This document shows, in pieces, positions 8,703 to 18,707 of a DNA stretch of 54,348 nt. The DNA lies in the IMG/VR virus record IMGVR_UViG_3300017963_000320, positions 1 to 54,348 of that record, one strand, 5' to 3'. Made by a program: the position numbers and the translations under genes. The number at the start of each line of letters is the position of its first letter. Positions within the stretch are counted from its first letter, which is position 1. The notes beneath the pieces are model-generated. The model was not told the DNA's origin. It did not search any database and saw nothing but the letters and a program-made list of their open reading frames with translations. Origin of the DNA: a virus (Duplodnaviria; Caudoviricetes).

Positions 8703-9547
8703 AGAACAAAGATTTTGCAGTTTTTATCCTGACACATGGCAGACCGAATCTTCTGATCACAGAAAAAACCCTGCGTGATTGTGGATATACAGGAAAAATT
8801 TATTTCATCATAGATGATGAAGACAGCAGTGCAGATGTTTATTTTGAAAAATGGGGTGATGGTGTTGTTCAATTCAACAAGAAAGCAATTGCAGACAAGA
8901 CAGATGAAGGTGACAACTTCAATGACAGAAGAACAATCACACATGCAAGAAATGCATCATTTGAAATTGCAGAAAAACTTGGTGTGAAATATTGGATTCA
9001 ACTTGATGACGATTATCAGGCTTTTGAATATAGGCTTTATCAATTTGGAAACCCCAAAAAGGTGAAGTCACTTGATGCAATCTTTGATGCCTTGATTGAT
9101 TTTTACAAGTCGATCAATGCAAAAAGCATTGCTTGCAGTCAGGGCGGTGATTGGATTGGTGGGAAAGACAATGCAAATGTGAAAAAGAAACTGATCAGGA
9201 AGTGCATGAATTCTTTCATCTGCACCAATGACAGACCATTCAAGTTTGTTGGCAGGATGAATGAAGATGTCAACACATATGCAACACTTGGTTCAAGGGG
9301 TGATTTGTTTTTCACAGTTCTGCTGATTTCAATTGTTCAAAGACAGACACAATCACAGGAAGGTGGAATCACTGACATGTATCTTGATTACGGAACCTAT
9401 GTCAAGGCATTCACAACAGTGATGTTCAATCCATCAGCAACAAAGATTGCATTGATTGGAACAACACAGAAAAGAATCCATCACAACATTTCATGGAATA
9501 ATACTGTTCCGAAAATATTGCATGAAAAACACAAAAAGGAGAATTGA
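8699..9547 (+). CDS. GT-A glycosyltransferase, GREB1/TET-associated (TAGT)-like
   Basis: VFILTHGR, ARN, QLDDDY, NEDV, QSQEGG motifs. Confidence 0.7.
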   Translation: MKNKDFAVFILTHGRPNLLITEKTLRDCGYTGKIYFIIDDEDSSADVYFEKWGDGVVQFNKKAIADKTDEGDNFNDRRTITHARNASFEIAEKLGVKYWIQLDDDYQAFEYRLYQFGNPKKVKSLDAIFDALIDFYKSINAKSIACSQGGDWIGGKDNANVKKKLIRKCMNSFICTNDRPFKFVGRMNEDVNTYATLGSRGDLFFTVLLISIVQRQTQSQEGGITDMYLDYGTYVKAFTTVMFNPSATKIALIGTTQKRIHHNISWNNTVPKILHEKHKKEN

Positions 9548-9550
9548 CAA

Positions 9551-9991
9551 ATGGTGATCCATGACATTGCAAGGACAGTTGCAGAAGCTGAATTCTACAA
9601 GGGGAAAGGGGAACACAGATTCAGAGTCACACACAATGGCGAAATCTTTTACAAGTCATCAGAAGGTTATAAAAAACCAAAAGACTGCGACAAGAATTTC
9701 AACTTTGTTGTTCTTGCAAAATGGATTGCAACACCATCAATGCCTTTTTTCAATACAATAAATGAAGCAGTCAATAAAAACCTGTATACGCAAAACATGG
9801 TAAGCAGTGATGACAGAAAAGGAAAGGTGCAGTTTTATAAAAGCAAAGACAAATACTATTGGCGATTCAAATATCTGAATGGAAGAATTGCAGGATCATC
9901 ATTCAAAGGCTTCAAAACCTTTGATGAAATGTTCGATAATTTCACAATGGTGCTTTGCAGAAAATGGAAAGTGGTAAAGGAAGAAAAATGA
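9551..9991 (+). CDS. Hypothetical protein with YegP/DUF1508-like C-terminus
   Basis: FYKSKDKYYWRFKYLNGRIAGSS. Confidence 0.55.
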   Translation: MVIHDIARTVAEAEFYKGKGEHRFRVTHNGEIFYKSSEGYKKPKDCDKNFNFVVLAKWIATPSMPFFNTINEAVNKNLYTQNMVSSDDRKGKVQFYKSKDKYYWRFKYLNGRIAGSSFKGFKTFDEMFDNFTMVLCRKWKVVKEEK

Positions 9992-10239
9992 ACAATGAAA
10001 AAATGAAAGTTGCAAAGATTAAAATTGCAGTGCCTGATGCAAAAGGCGGTGTTCAACAAGGCTTCAAGTTTGTTCTTGCAAGACCTGACAAAATGTTTCA
10101 GGATGCAGAAGAACAAGCAAAGGAACTTTTCAAGGACACACAGCCACAGCCAAAAATTGTTGGCATTGATGAAATGTGTGAAGTGGAAATGCTGAAATAC
10201 AGGATCAGTGAAAGAATGGACAAAGAAGAAAAGTCATGA
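9988..10239 (+). CDS. Hypothetical protein
   Basis: ATGA overlap with the upstream stop. Confidence 0.6.
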   Translation: MNNEKMKVAKIKIAVPDAKGGVQQGFKFVLARPDKMFQDAEEQAKELFKDTQPQPKIVGIDEMCEVEMLKYRISERMDKEEKS

Positions 10240-10421
10240 CAGAAAAAAAATGGCAAATGAAAGTGAAATGTTCAAAGTGTAAGAAAACTTTGGAAGAAAA
10301 TGAATCAGAACATTACGGTGAAGGCGGTGTTTGGTGGTCTGATTGCAAAGCATATGAAAAGGAATGTGCAAAGCCAACACAAAAGCAGTTGAAAAGCCTG
10401 CAAAAAATAATGGGTTCATGA
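10236..10421 (+). CDS. Small Cys-containing hypothetical protein
   Basis: Coupled ORF; CSKC. Confidence 0.55.
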   Translation: MTEKKWQMKVKCSKCKKTLEENESEHYGEGGVWWSDCKAYEKECAKPTQKQLKSLQKIMGS

Positions 10422-10966
10422 ACAAGAGAAAACAAACTATTGTCAGAACAGGTGACAAGCCTTTGAAGTGGCAGTTGGAAGTGCAAAAACTTTCAGACAT
10501 GGAAAAGGAAGACATCATCAATGTGATGCAAGAAACATGGGGTAATGTTGCACAGACAGCAAAAATCCTGAACATTGATTCTGCAAAACTCCGATCATGG
10601 GTTTTGAATGATCCTGTTTTCTTTGCCAAGCTGGAAGAAATCAGAAAGGCAAGGGTTGAAATGGCAGAAAACAAATTGCTGAATTTGATCAACATGAATC
10701 ATTTCGGTGCGATCAAATTCTTTCTTCAGACACAAGGAAGAAAAGAAGGATACAATGAAAAGGTTGATGTCAATTTGACAACACAGCCACTTGATACAGA
10801 AAGGAACTTCATTGATTTTGACATTGAAGCACTTTCAGATGATGAACTGAAAACCCTTCGGGATATTAAAAGAAAGCAACTGCAAGAAATTTCAGTTGAT
10901 GCACAGGTGATTGATGAATCAGATCAGTCAAAGACAGAATCAGATTCAAATGATGAAGGAACTTGA
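10418..10966 (+). CDS. terS: Terminase small subunit (putative)
   Basis: HTH (GNVAQTAKILNI), AIKFFLQTQGRKEGY; directly upstream of TerL. Confidence 0.75.
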   Translation: MNKRKQTIVRTGDKPLKWQLEVQKLSDMEKEDIINVMQETWGNVAQTAKILNIDSAKLRSWVLNDPVFFAKLEEIRKARVEMAENKLLNLINMNHFGAIKFFLQTQGRKEGYNEKVDVNLTTQPLDTERNFIDFDIEALSDDELKTLRDIKRKQLQEISVDAQVIDESDQSKTESDSNDEGT

Positions 10967-12377
10967 AAGGCTTGATGATGAACATGCATTCAGGTCTTTC
11001 AAGGGGTTTGTCGAAGTTTTTTGGTCTGAAGTGGAACCACAGCCATTCAAGGACAATTGGCACATTGATGCAATCTGTGATCATCTTGAAGCACTTCAGA
11101 AAAGGCAAATCCTCCGACTGCTGATCAACATTCCACCAAGACATTCAAAAAGCCTGCTTGTATCTGTTCTTTTCCCTGCTTGGTGTTGGTTGCATGATCC
11201 TGTTGAACAGTTCCTGACAACTTCCTATGCAGGAAACCTTGCAACAAGGGATGCAAGACGATCAAGGCTTGTGATGCAAAAGCCAAGATTCATGAATTTG
11301 ATCAGGACAAAGCACCCTTCGTTTGAATGGGCAGGTGATCAGAATGTCAAATCCAAATATGAAAACAATCTGCAAGGCTATAGAATGGCAACAGGGGTGC
11401 GTGGACAGCTTACAGGTGACGGTGGATCAATTATCATTGTGGATGATGCAAACAATGTCAAGGAGACTGAAAGCAAGGCAACAAGGGAAGCAACAATTCA
11501 ATGGTGGGATGAAGCACTTTCAACAAGACACAATGATGCTGTGACAGGATGCACTGCTGTTGTTCAGCAAAGAACCCATCAAGAAGACCTGACAGGACAC
11601 ATCTTGAAAGAAGAAGGTGATGATTGGAATCAGTTGATCCTTCCAATGGAATATGAAGGAAAGAACAGATGCAGGTCAACAATCAACTTTGTTGATCCAC
11701 GAAAGAAAAAAGGTGAACTGTTGAATCCTGTCAGGTTTCCAAAAGAAGCAGTTGAAAGAATTGCAAAAAAACTTGGTGCATATGGCAAGGCAGGACAATT
11801 CCAACAAACACCTGCACCCCGAAAAGGTGGCGAACTGCCAACAGAAAAAATTGTGATCATCAAGGAAGAACAAATTCAGAAATCAAACATCATTGAAATT
11901 GTCAGGTATTGGGATAAAGCAGGCAGTGAAGGAAAGGGTGATTTCACAGCAGGTGTGAAAATGTGCTTGATGAAATCAGGAAGAACAATCATTCTTGATG
12001 TGAAACGTGGTCAATGGGGGATTTCAAAAAGGAATGCAATCATAAAACAAACTGCACAAGTCGATGGAACAGGTGTCAATGTATGGGTTGAACAAGAAGG
12101 TGGATCAAGTGGAAAAGAATCAGCAGAAATCACAATCAAAGAACTTGCAGGTTTCAATGTAAAAGCAGAAAGACCAACAGGAGAAAAAACAGCAAGGGCA
12201 GAACCTTTTGCTTCACAGATGGAAGCAGGAAATGTTTACATGGTCAAAGCAGATTGGAACAAAGATTATCTTGATGAATTGCGATTGTTTCCAGCAGGAT
12301 CACATGACGATCAAGTTGATGGTTCATCAGGTGGTTTCAACAAATTACATGCAAGGCAAACAGGTGTGACATGGTAA
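10914..12377 (+). CDS. terL: Terminase large subunit
   Basis: INIPPRHSKS (Walker A), IIVDD (Walker B), WDKA, GDFTAG, HDDQVD nuclease motifs; start uncertain. Confidence 0.95.
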   Translation: MNQISQRQNQIQMMKELERLDDEHAFRSFKGFVEVFWSEVEPQPFKDNWHIDAICDHLEALQKRQILRLLINIPPRHSKSLLVSVLFPAWCWLHDPVEQFLTTSYAGNLATRDARRSRLVMQKPRFMNLIRTKHPSFEWAGDQNVKSKYENNLQGYRMATGVRGQLTGDGGSIIIVDDANNVKETESKATREATIQWWDEALSTRHNDAVTGCTAVVQQRTHQEDLTGHILKEEGDDWNQLILPMEYEGKNRCRSTINFVDPRKKKGELLNPVRFPKEAVERIAKKLGAYGKAGQFQQTPAPRKGGELPTEKIVIIKEEQIQKSNIIEIVRYWDKAGSEGKGDFTAGVKMCLMKSGRTIILDVKRGQWGISKRNAIIKQTAQVDGTGVNVWVEQEGGSSGKESAEITIKELAGFNVKAERPTGEKTARAEPFASQMEAGNVYMVKADWNKDYLDELRLFPAGSHDDQVDGSSGGFNKLHARQTGVTW

Positions 12378-12384
12378 AAAAAAG

Positions 12385-12413
12385 TGCCGTCAGGGGAATC
12401 AATCCTGACGGCA
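12385..12413. other. GC-rich hairpin preceded by A8 and followed by an RBS
   Basis: TGCCGTCAGG-N9-CCTGACGGCA; A-run at 12376-12383 would be a T-run on the minus strand. Confidence 0.6.
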
Positions 12414-12427
12414 AGGAGAATCACAAA

Positions 12428-12568
12428 ATGTCTGCCAAAGGCAAGCAGTTTTGCAATCAATGTCACCATACACAAAACAGGAACACATGCAAATCATTGT
12501 CCTGCTTTAAGCTAAAAAATCATTTTTTTATGCAAAAAATTGGTCAAAATTCAGGCAAAAAAGCCTGA
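12428..12568 (+). CDS. Possible 46-aa Cys-rich peptide
   Basis: Canonical AAGGAGAATCACAAAATG leader; short ORF. Confidence 0.35.
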   Translation: MSAKGKQFCNQCHHTQNRNTCKSLSCFKLKNHFFMQKIGQNSGKKA

Positions 12569-12578
12569 CAACACCCCT

Positions 12579-12699
12579 TTTTCCCTTTAGTTTTCTTCTA
12601 TTTTTACCCCTTATTTTAGCCTCAAAATCAAAAAAAAATGGCTTTTTTTAATTTTTTTTATATAAAATAGTTTGAAAAGTTATAGATAAAATCTATCTT
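12579..12699 (+). promoter_or_regulatory. Early promoter, copy 1
   Basis: TTTTCCCTTTAGTTTTCTTC box, TTTAGCCTCAAAA box, TTGAAA-N16-TATCTT with operator ATAGATAAAATCTAT at 12682-12696. Confidence 0.8.
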
Positions 12700-12725
12700 T
12701 CTTTAACAACAAAGGAGAATCCAAA

Positions 12726-13658
12726 ATGACAACTGAATCAACCATCAAGCAAGACACTGAAGCAATGAACTACACATTCGGAATTGAATTTGAAACACAG
12801 GTTCTGAATTCAACAAGACTTCCTGTTCGTGTCAGTTACAGTGATGCACAGCAGTGTCCTTATGCAATTGTAAATGGTGAAAGAGTTGATGCACCTTCAA
12901 TCAATGGTCAATTTGCTAAAGCAATGTGGGATGTCACCATTCACCCACGTGGAAACAGATTCGGTGTTGAATGGGTGACACCTGTTCTGAAAGGTCAAGA
13001 AGGTCTTGACTATGTTGAAGCATTGATTGAATGGATTGTCAAAATTGGTGGATCAGTGAACAAAAATTGTGGTCTTCACATTCATGTTGGAATTGATTCA
13101 ATCAATGAAGGAAGAACACCTTCACAAGTTTTGAAATGGTTCAAGAAATTTTCATACATCTGCAAAGACCTTGAGACAGCAATCTATGGACAAACAGGAA
13201 CTCGCAGAGATCAGGCACAATGGTGTTCACCTTTGAACAGCAGTGACAAAATGAAGTTTGACAATGCAAACAATGCAAGGGGTTTTGTTGGTCACAGTGA
13301 TGACAAATACAAAATGGTAAACTTTCAGAATGTTGGAAATCACAAGAACACAATTGAATTCAGAGCCTTTGCAGGAACCCTGAACAAGATCAAAGTTTTC
13401 CACCATCTTGCAACTGCACTTGGCATCTGCTCAATTGCCAAAACCAAACGCACAGGAAAATGGATTGCATCTGATGGTTCTGCAACAAAAGAACTTGACA
13501 AAATGTATAAAAAACTTGAATGGTTTGAATGCATTCAGAACAATGAAAAATATGCAAACAAAATTCCTTATGGAATGTTTGGAACCCTTCTTGATAACAT
13601 GAAGGACATGAAGAAAGAAGCAAAAAGACTTGCCAAGAAATATGACAACCGTTTCTAA
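12726..13658 (+). CDS. Putative amidoligase (COOH-NH2 ligase, Amidoligase_2-like)
   Basis: TFGIEFE, EWVTPVL, CGLHIHVG, TIEFRAFAGTL. Confidence 0.85.
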   Translation: MTTESTIKQDTEAMNYTFGIEFETQVLNSTRLPVRVSYSDAQQCPYAIVNGERVDAPSINGQFAKAMWDVTIHPRGNRFGVEWVTPVLKGQEGLDYVEALIEWIVKIGGSVNKNCGLHIHVGIDSINEGRTPSQVLKWFKKFSYICKDLETAIYGQTGTRRDQAQWCSPLNSSDKMKFDNANNARGFVGHSDDKYKMVNFQNVGNHKNTIEFRAFAGTLNKIKVFHHLATALGICSIAKTKRTGKWIASDGSATKELDKMYKKLEWFECIQNNEKYANKIPYGMFGTLLDNMKDMKKEAKRLAKKYDNRF

Positions 13659-13710
13659 AAAACAAAAACAAGGGGTGTCAATCAAGACACCCCTGAAAGG
13701 AGAATCCAAA

Positions 13711-14220
13711 ATGAAAAACCTATACTTCGCATACGGAAGCAACATGCACCCTGAAACAATGGAAGCAAGATCAAGGGGTTTTGCAAAGCCACTTGGACAT
13801 GCAGTTCTTGATGATTACAGATTGTCAGAAAGGCTGTTTGCAGACATTGATTTCAGTGAAGGTGATCAGGTGCATGGATTGCTGTGGGAAATTGATGACA
13901 GAACCCTTGCAAGCCTTGACATCTGTGAAGGTGTTGCAGGTGGTCTTTATGAAAGATATGAAGTGCCTGTCACATTGAAGGACAACACCTGTCTTGTTGC
14001 CATTGTTTATGAAATGACATATCAGGCAAAGCAGGCAAGAATGGAATCAATCTTTCCATTGATCTATGCAATTGAATGTGCCATTGGTGCATTTCAGCAC
14101 AATGTTCCTGTTGATCACCTGTATCAAAGCAGGCTTGCAGAAGATGCAATGAAAGCAAAGGAATTCATCAGAAACAAAAAGACAACTCGCAAAAGCATAA
14201 ACTACAAAAGGAAAAAATAA
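13711..14220 (+). CDS. Gamma-glutamylcyclotransferase (AIG2-like)
   Basis: LYFAYGSNM, VHGLLWEI, LDICEG, YER. Confidence 0.9.
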   Translation: MKNLYFAYGSNMHPETMEARSRGFAKPLGHAVLDDYRLSERLFADIDFSEGDQVHGLLWEIDDRTLASLDICEGVAGGLYERYEVPVTLKDNTCLVAIVYEMTYQAKQARMESIFPLIYAIECAIGAFQHNVPVDHLYQSRLAEDAMKAKEFIRNKKTTRKSINYKRKK

Positions 14221-14222
14221 TC

Positions 14223-15191
14223 ATGGCACATGAAATCATGGAAAATGACAAGGGTGCTGTTGGATTTGTCCAGCAGTACGGGCAGACATGGCACAAGATG
14301 GAACAATACAAGCACTTTGAAGAATGCATTCCATTTGAATATGTGGAACACATTCTTTCATGGCAGGTGGAAAAGAAACCATTGTTTGTTGCAGGTGCTG
14401 ATGGAACCTTTCAGAAGCTGGAAAAGAAATACGCCCTTGCAAGGCAAGACACAGGTGAAATTCTTTATGCACCTGTTACTGATGTGTATTCAATTTATCA
14501 GAACAGTGAAATGATGAAGTTCATTTATGAAGCAATCATCAAACCTTTTTCAATGGAACTTGAATCAGCAGGTTCTTTGAAGAATGGCAGACATGTGTTT
14601 GCAAACATCATCCTGATGGAAGAAACAATTGATGGTGACATTTCACCAACAAAGACAAGACTGATGATTGACAACACACATGGCGCAAAGGCACTGTCAA
14701 CATGTTTGCATCAGACAAGGATTGTCTGCAACAATACTTTGAGAATGGCAAAGGCACAGGGAACAGCCAACAGCACATTCAAAAAGTTCAGACATTCAAA
14801 GTCAATGATCAACATCATTGAAGAATATGCAGTTGACCTGACTGACCTGATTGCAGAATCACGAAAAACATATCAGGCAATGAATGACCTTGCATCAGAA
14901 AAGATCAATGAAAAATATCAAGATCAATTCTTTGACAATTTTCTTCAGGTGGATAAACTTAAAGGAAGGGCAAAAACAATTGCACAAAGTCAGATGCAGG
15001 GAATCAAAACCTTGTATGATTCAAAAGAAGACCTGAAACCTTTGCCTGATACAAGGTACAAACTTTTGAATGCTGTGACCGATTACTACGATCACAAATA
15101 CAAGAAGAAAGAAGCATCAATCATTGATGCTGTAAAAGGCAAAAGGGATGAAATGAAACAGCAGGCTTTATCAGTCTTGACAAATTGCTAA
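14223..15191 (+). CDS. DUF932/DUF945-family phage/plasmid protein
   Basis: MAHEI, TWH, ESAGSLKNGR, RIVCNNTL, LLNAVTDYYDH. Confidence 0.8.
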   Translation: MAHEIMENDKGAVGFVQQYGQTWHKMEQYKHFEECIPFEYVEHILSWQVEKKPLFVAGADGTFQKLEKKYALARQDTGEILYAPVTDVYSIYQNSEMMKFIYEAIIKPFSMELESAGSLKNGRHVFANIILMEETIDGDISPTKTRLMIDNTHGAKALSTCLHQTRIVCNNTLRMAKAQGTANSTFKKFRHSKSMINIIEEYAVDLTDLIAESRKTYQAMNDLASEKINEKYQDQFFDNFLQVDKLKGRAKTIAQSQMQGIKTLYDSKEDLKPLPDTRYKLLNAVTDYYDHKYKKKEASIIDAVKGKRDEMKQQALSVLTNC

Positions 15192-15259
15192 GACGGAGGC
15201 GTGAAGGTGACAGGGGATTTTTCCCCTGTTGCCTGTTTCCAAAAAGGAGAATCACAAAA

Positions 15260-16171
15260 ATGAAATTCAATTTTTACAATCAACTTAAAGAATGCATCCT
15301 TTCAAAATTCAGAAAGGAAATGAAACTTCCAAAAAAGATGAAGCCTGAAATCAGGAAAAGTCTTTTCAGAAAAGCCTTTCAAATTTCAGCAGACATGAAT
15401 GCACTTGATTCATCAATCTTGCTTGACGAAGAATCATGGAACAATTCAGACAGAACAATCTTTCTTGTTGAAGACAATTCACTTCTTGAAATGTTGAACA
15501 AGTCAAAGTTTGAAATCCATGTAGATGACCTGAAAGAATTCCCTGAAACATTTCAGATTGCTTTCCCAAAAGACAATCCATTCAAATTGACAGGGTGCAA
15601 TGTGTGGTTTGGAAACATGTTGCACAGACAAAAGATTGCAGACACCATCAACAAGCAACTGAACCTTTCACTTGATTTGAAAGGTCTTGAAAATATTCAT
15701 GGATTGCATGTCACTTATTCAAACAGCAAAGGAAGCAACAGTCAGTTTTCAAGGGCAAGCATTCAGGAAGACTTGATCACATCAGTTCTTGAATCACCTG
15801 AAAGAATGCTTGAAACAGTTGGAAGATACGAGTCAAACTATGCAATTCCCCTGAATGCTGAAGAAATGGAATATCAACACACAATGGTGAAGATGGTTCT
15901 GTTCTTGATGACATACATCAAAGCCTGTCCTGAATCAGTCATTGATGGTTTTCCTGATTCCGTTGGAAAGACAAAGACAATCAAGAATGTCACAAAGAAA
16001 ACTTTGACCATGCCAAAAGAATCAGGAAGCAAATCAACACATTTGCGAAATGCTTACTTCAGGCAATATCCAAAAAGAAAAGATGGAACAAGAAAGAAGG
16101 GAATTGTTTTTGTCAGTTCCTGCCTTGTTAATTCAAAAGCAAACCCCAAAACTGTAAGGAACAAAAAATGA
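15260..16171 (+). CDS. Hypothetical protein
   Basis: Hairpin plus RBS before ATG 15260; long ORF. Confidence 0.8.
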   Translation: MKFNFYNQLKECILSKFRKEMKLPKKMKPEIRKSLFRKAFQISADMNALDSSILLDEESWNNSDRTIFLVEDNSLLEMLNKSKFEIHVDDLKEFPETFQIAFPKDNPFKLTGCNVWFGNMLHRQKIADTINKQLNLSLDLKGLENIHGLHVTYSNSKGSNSQFSRASIQEDLITSVLESPERMLETVGRYESNYAIPLNAEEMEYQHTMVKMVLFLMTYIKACPESVIDGFPDSVGKTKTIKNVTKKTLTMPKESGSKSTHLRNAYFRQYPKRKDGTRKKGIVFVSSCLVNSKANPKTVRNKK

Positions 16172-16425
16172 CAGAAGAACAAAGGCTTCAGATCACAATG
16201 CTTGGTGCTGTGCTGTTGATTGTAGGCGTAGAAAATAAGCCTGAAGACATGCAACTTGCAATGACCCTGATCAATGAAAACATATTCTTGACAGCAGAAC
16301 TGAAGAATAGGAACATTCAAACAGTCATGCAAGTTTCAAGGAACCCTGAAGCATGGATGCAAGACTTTCCTGAATTTGCAAAACTGCTTGCACTGAAAAA
16401 CAAAAAGGAAAAAGACAAGGAATAA
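16168..16425 (+). CDS. Hypothetical protein
   Basis: Coupled ORF. Confidence 0.65.
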   Translation: MTEEQRLQITMLGAVLLIVGVENKPEDMQLAMTLINENIFLTAELKNRNIQTVMQVSRNPEAWMQDFPEFAKLLALKNKKEKDKE

Positions 16426-16427
16426 AG

Positions 16428-16817
16428 ATGATGTCAACATATTATTTTTCACAGATGTGCAAGGAAGGTGAAGAATCTGATCCTAAATTTTTATACAGGG
16501 CAGTTGATCGTCTTTCTGAATGGAAGCATGAACCACAGGTCATCCGATACAGGATTCAAAAAGAAACAGAATGTGGATGCTGGATTGTATTCAGAGAAAA
16601 TCCATCAGGAAAGAAGTTTGTCTGTTTCAAATTTCAGAATGGACATGAGACAAAGAAAAGATTTGCAGAAAGGACAATTGAAGATGCAAAGCAAGCATAT
16701 CTTTTCAGGAAGTTAAGACAGCACAGAATCATTGCATCAAGGCTTGTCACCTGTGAAAGAAGAATTTTTGCAAGTGGTGGAACTGTGCCAGTAATTCAAA
16801 GGGGTTTATTCTTATGA
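16428..16817 (+). CDS. Hypothetical protein
   Basis: Tandem ORF in early array. Confidence 0.65.
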   Translation: MMSTYYFSQMCKEGEESDPKFLYRAVDRLSEWKHEPQVIRYRIQKETECGCWIVFRENPSGKKFVCFKFQNGHETKKRFAERTIEDAKQAYLFRKLRQHRIIASRLVTCERRIFASGGTVPVIQRGLFL

Positions 16818-17149
16818 TTGAACAATTAAATTTTTCATACAATTGGAACAAGAAACTTGATTGCAAAATGTTTACAACACTAAGACTGTCAAACAGGTTT
16901 TCAGTTGGTGATAAAGTTTTTGTGACACTGAAGAACATTGAACATTGCAATGCAATTTGCAGGGGAAAGAAAAAACTGTTCATGAAAGACATCAATGAAT
17001 TCATTGCAGGAATTGACACAGGTTATTCAGTTGAAGAATGTCAGGACATTCTGAAAAAGATGTATAGCACAGTCGATTGGAACACACAAGAAATTTTCCT
17101 GTACCTTTTTGAAAAGGTAAAAGAAGAACAAGGAGAATTGCAACTATGA
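16814..17149 (+). CDS. ASCH/PUA-like hypothetical protein
   Basis: FTTLR...FSVGDKVFV pattern. Confidence 0.55.
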   Translation: MIEQLNFSYNWNKKLDCKMFTTLRLSNRFSVGDKVFVTLKNIEHCNAICRGKKKLFMKDINEFIAGIDTGYSVEECQDILKKMYSTVDWNTQEIFLYLFEKVKEEQGELQL

Positions 17150-17460
17150 ATACACACAAGGAACTATTCAAGAACCCTGAATTGATTGTCAATGACTTCA
17201 ATCTTTTCAGGGGAATGGTGAACTTCATTGACAGGCAAGGTGAAACACATCACTTTCCAAAAAGTGTTATCATGTGCAGTCTTTCCTTTTGCGATCTTTC
17301 AGGATGGGAATATCAGTGTGGTGATGTTTTCCCTGTATACCTTGACAACAAGGTTCATGAAATTGTCATTCAAGAAGTCAAGCCAAGCAAAGTTGAACAT
17401 GCGCCCTGCTTGGTGTTCACAGAAATCAAAGGACAAATAAAAAAAGCAAAGGAGCAATGA
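17146..17460 (+). CDS. Hypothetical protein
   Basis: AAGGAGAAT RBS. Confidence 0.65.
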   Translation: MNTHKELFKNPELIVNDFNLFRGMVNFIDRQGETHHFPKSVIMCSLSFCDLSGWEYQCGDVFPVYLDNKVHEIVIQEVKPSKVEHAPCLVFTEIKGQIKKAKEQ

Positions 17461-17461
17461 A

Positions 17462-17824
17462 ATGTTTTATCATGCAGTTATTCACAAATTTTTTGTTCAT
17501 TCAAAAGGCTGGATCATTTTGCCAATAGAAGCAGACACAGAAGAAGAAGCACACAGGGTTGCAAAGGCAAGAGTTCATGACATTGAGAAATCATCAACTT
17601 GCAAGAAAGCAGAATATCACTTGATAGGAATTGCTGATAAAGATGTCATTTACCTTGAAAGAAAATTGACATGGAAAGAAAGAATTTTTGGATGGGCAAA
17701 AGTTTCAATTGCACCAACAAAAAAAACAGTCACAGAAGTTTGTCCAAAATGCAAAGGGGAAACATGGAACATTGATTGTGTCTGTCATGGCAGTGGTTAT
17801 TTGATCAAGGACATTGAAGAATGA
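17462..17824 (+). CDS. Hypothetical protein with DnaJ-like Zn motif
   Basis: CPKCKG...CVCHGSG. Confidence 0.65.
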   Translation: MFYHAVIHKFFVHSKGWIILPIEADTEEEAHRVAKARVHDIEKSSTCKKAEYHLIGIADKDVIYLERKLTWKERIFGWAKVSIAPTKKTVTEVCPKCKGETWNIDCVCHGSGYLIKDIEE

Positions 17825-18111
17825 AAAAAATATATAAATACAAACTTGAACCAACAAGGGGAATGGGGCAGGAATGGAAAGTCACCATGCCTTGCATTCA
17901 TGAAGTTTTGAAAATTGGAATGGACAGGAATCGGGAACTTCACATTTGGATCAGATTCAATCCTGAAGGTATTGATTCAACATATCTTGTCAAGGTGTTT
18001 CCAACAGGTGCAGAAGTTCCTGACAGCTTTGAACACATCAAGACAGTCATTGAAGAAAGTGGTCTTGTTTGGCATTGGTTCATTCAAAACCTGAGAAACA
18101 GAACCAAATGA
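17821..18111 (+). CDS. Hypothetical protein
   Basis: MKKIYKYKL...TG...GLVWHWF, a pattern I associate with small phage proteins. Confidence 0.7.
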   Translation: MKKIYKYKLEPTRGMGQEWKVTMPCIHEVLKIGMDRNRELHIWIRFNPEGIDSTYLVKVFPTGAEVPDSFEHIKTVIEESGLVWHWFIQNLRNRTK

Positions 18112-18130
18112 ACAAAAGTTCTTTTGCTTA

Positions 18131-18175
18131 TACCAAATCAAACCAAATCAAACAATATAAAACAATATAAAATAA
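18131..18175. repeat. Short 10-bp tandem repeats
   Basis: (ACCAAATCAA)x2 then (ACAATATAAA)x2. Confidence 0.6.
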
Positions 18176-18184
18176 CGGTGAAAA

Positions 18185-18442
18185 ATGAGTTATGAAAATT
18201 ACGACAATTCACTTGAAGTCAGAACAGAACATGTTCACTTTTTGTTTTACAACGCACTTGCAATAGAACCTGACATCAATGAAGTTTACTACTATGTTAT
18301 TTTCACAGGAACAGAATGGAGAACAGTTCCTGCACAATGGGAAGAATCAAAACATGACCTTGCAAGATTCAATGCAGGAAATGTTTTCACAGGCAAAGAA
18401 GAAATTGAATCAATTCTTGAACACCAAAAGGAGAATCAATAG
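18185..18442 (+). CDS. Hypothetical protein
   Basis: Tandem ORF. Confidence 0.65.
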   Translation: MSYENYDNSLEVRTEHVHFLFYNALAIEPDINEVYYYVIFTGTEWRTVPAQWEESKHDLARFNAGNVFTGKEEIESILEHQKENQ

Positions 18443-18443
18443 A

Positions 18444-18707
18444 ATGAAAGCATTGCAAAACATTTTGAAAGCATCACAGATGATGCGAACAGACCTTGAC
18501 ATCTTCAAGCAGGATTGCATCACATCAATTCATGTTCACTACTACACACCACAACAACCAAGAAGTTTTGTCAAAGGGTATGAAAGTGCAAGAGCAACAA
18601 TTGAATTTCAGAAAGGTGACATGAAAGGAGAAAAACAAATCACAGGTGAAAACATTCCTGAAGTTTTTGAACAGATCAAAGAATTCATTGAAGGATTGGA
18701 ATTATGA
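18444..18707 (+). CDS. Hypothetical protein
   Basis: AAGGAGAATC RBS before ATG 18444. Confidence 0.65.
   Translation: MKALQNILKASQMMRTDLDIFKQDCITSIHVHYYTPQQPRSFVKGYESARATIEFQKGDMKGEKQITGENIPEVFEQIKEFIEGLEL

Noticed and set aside
18131-18175. CRISPR-like mini-array
   Set aside because: Units are only 10 bp with no spacers; simple tandem duplication
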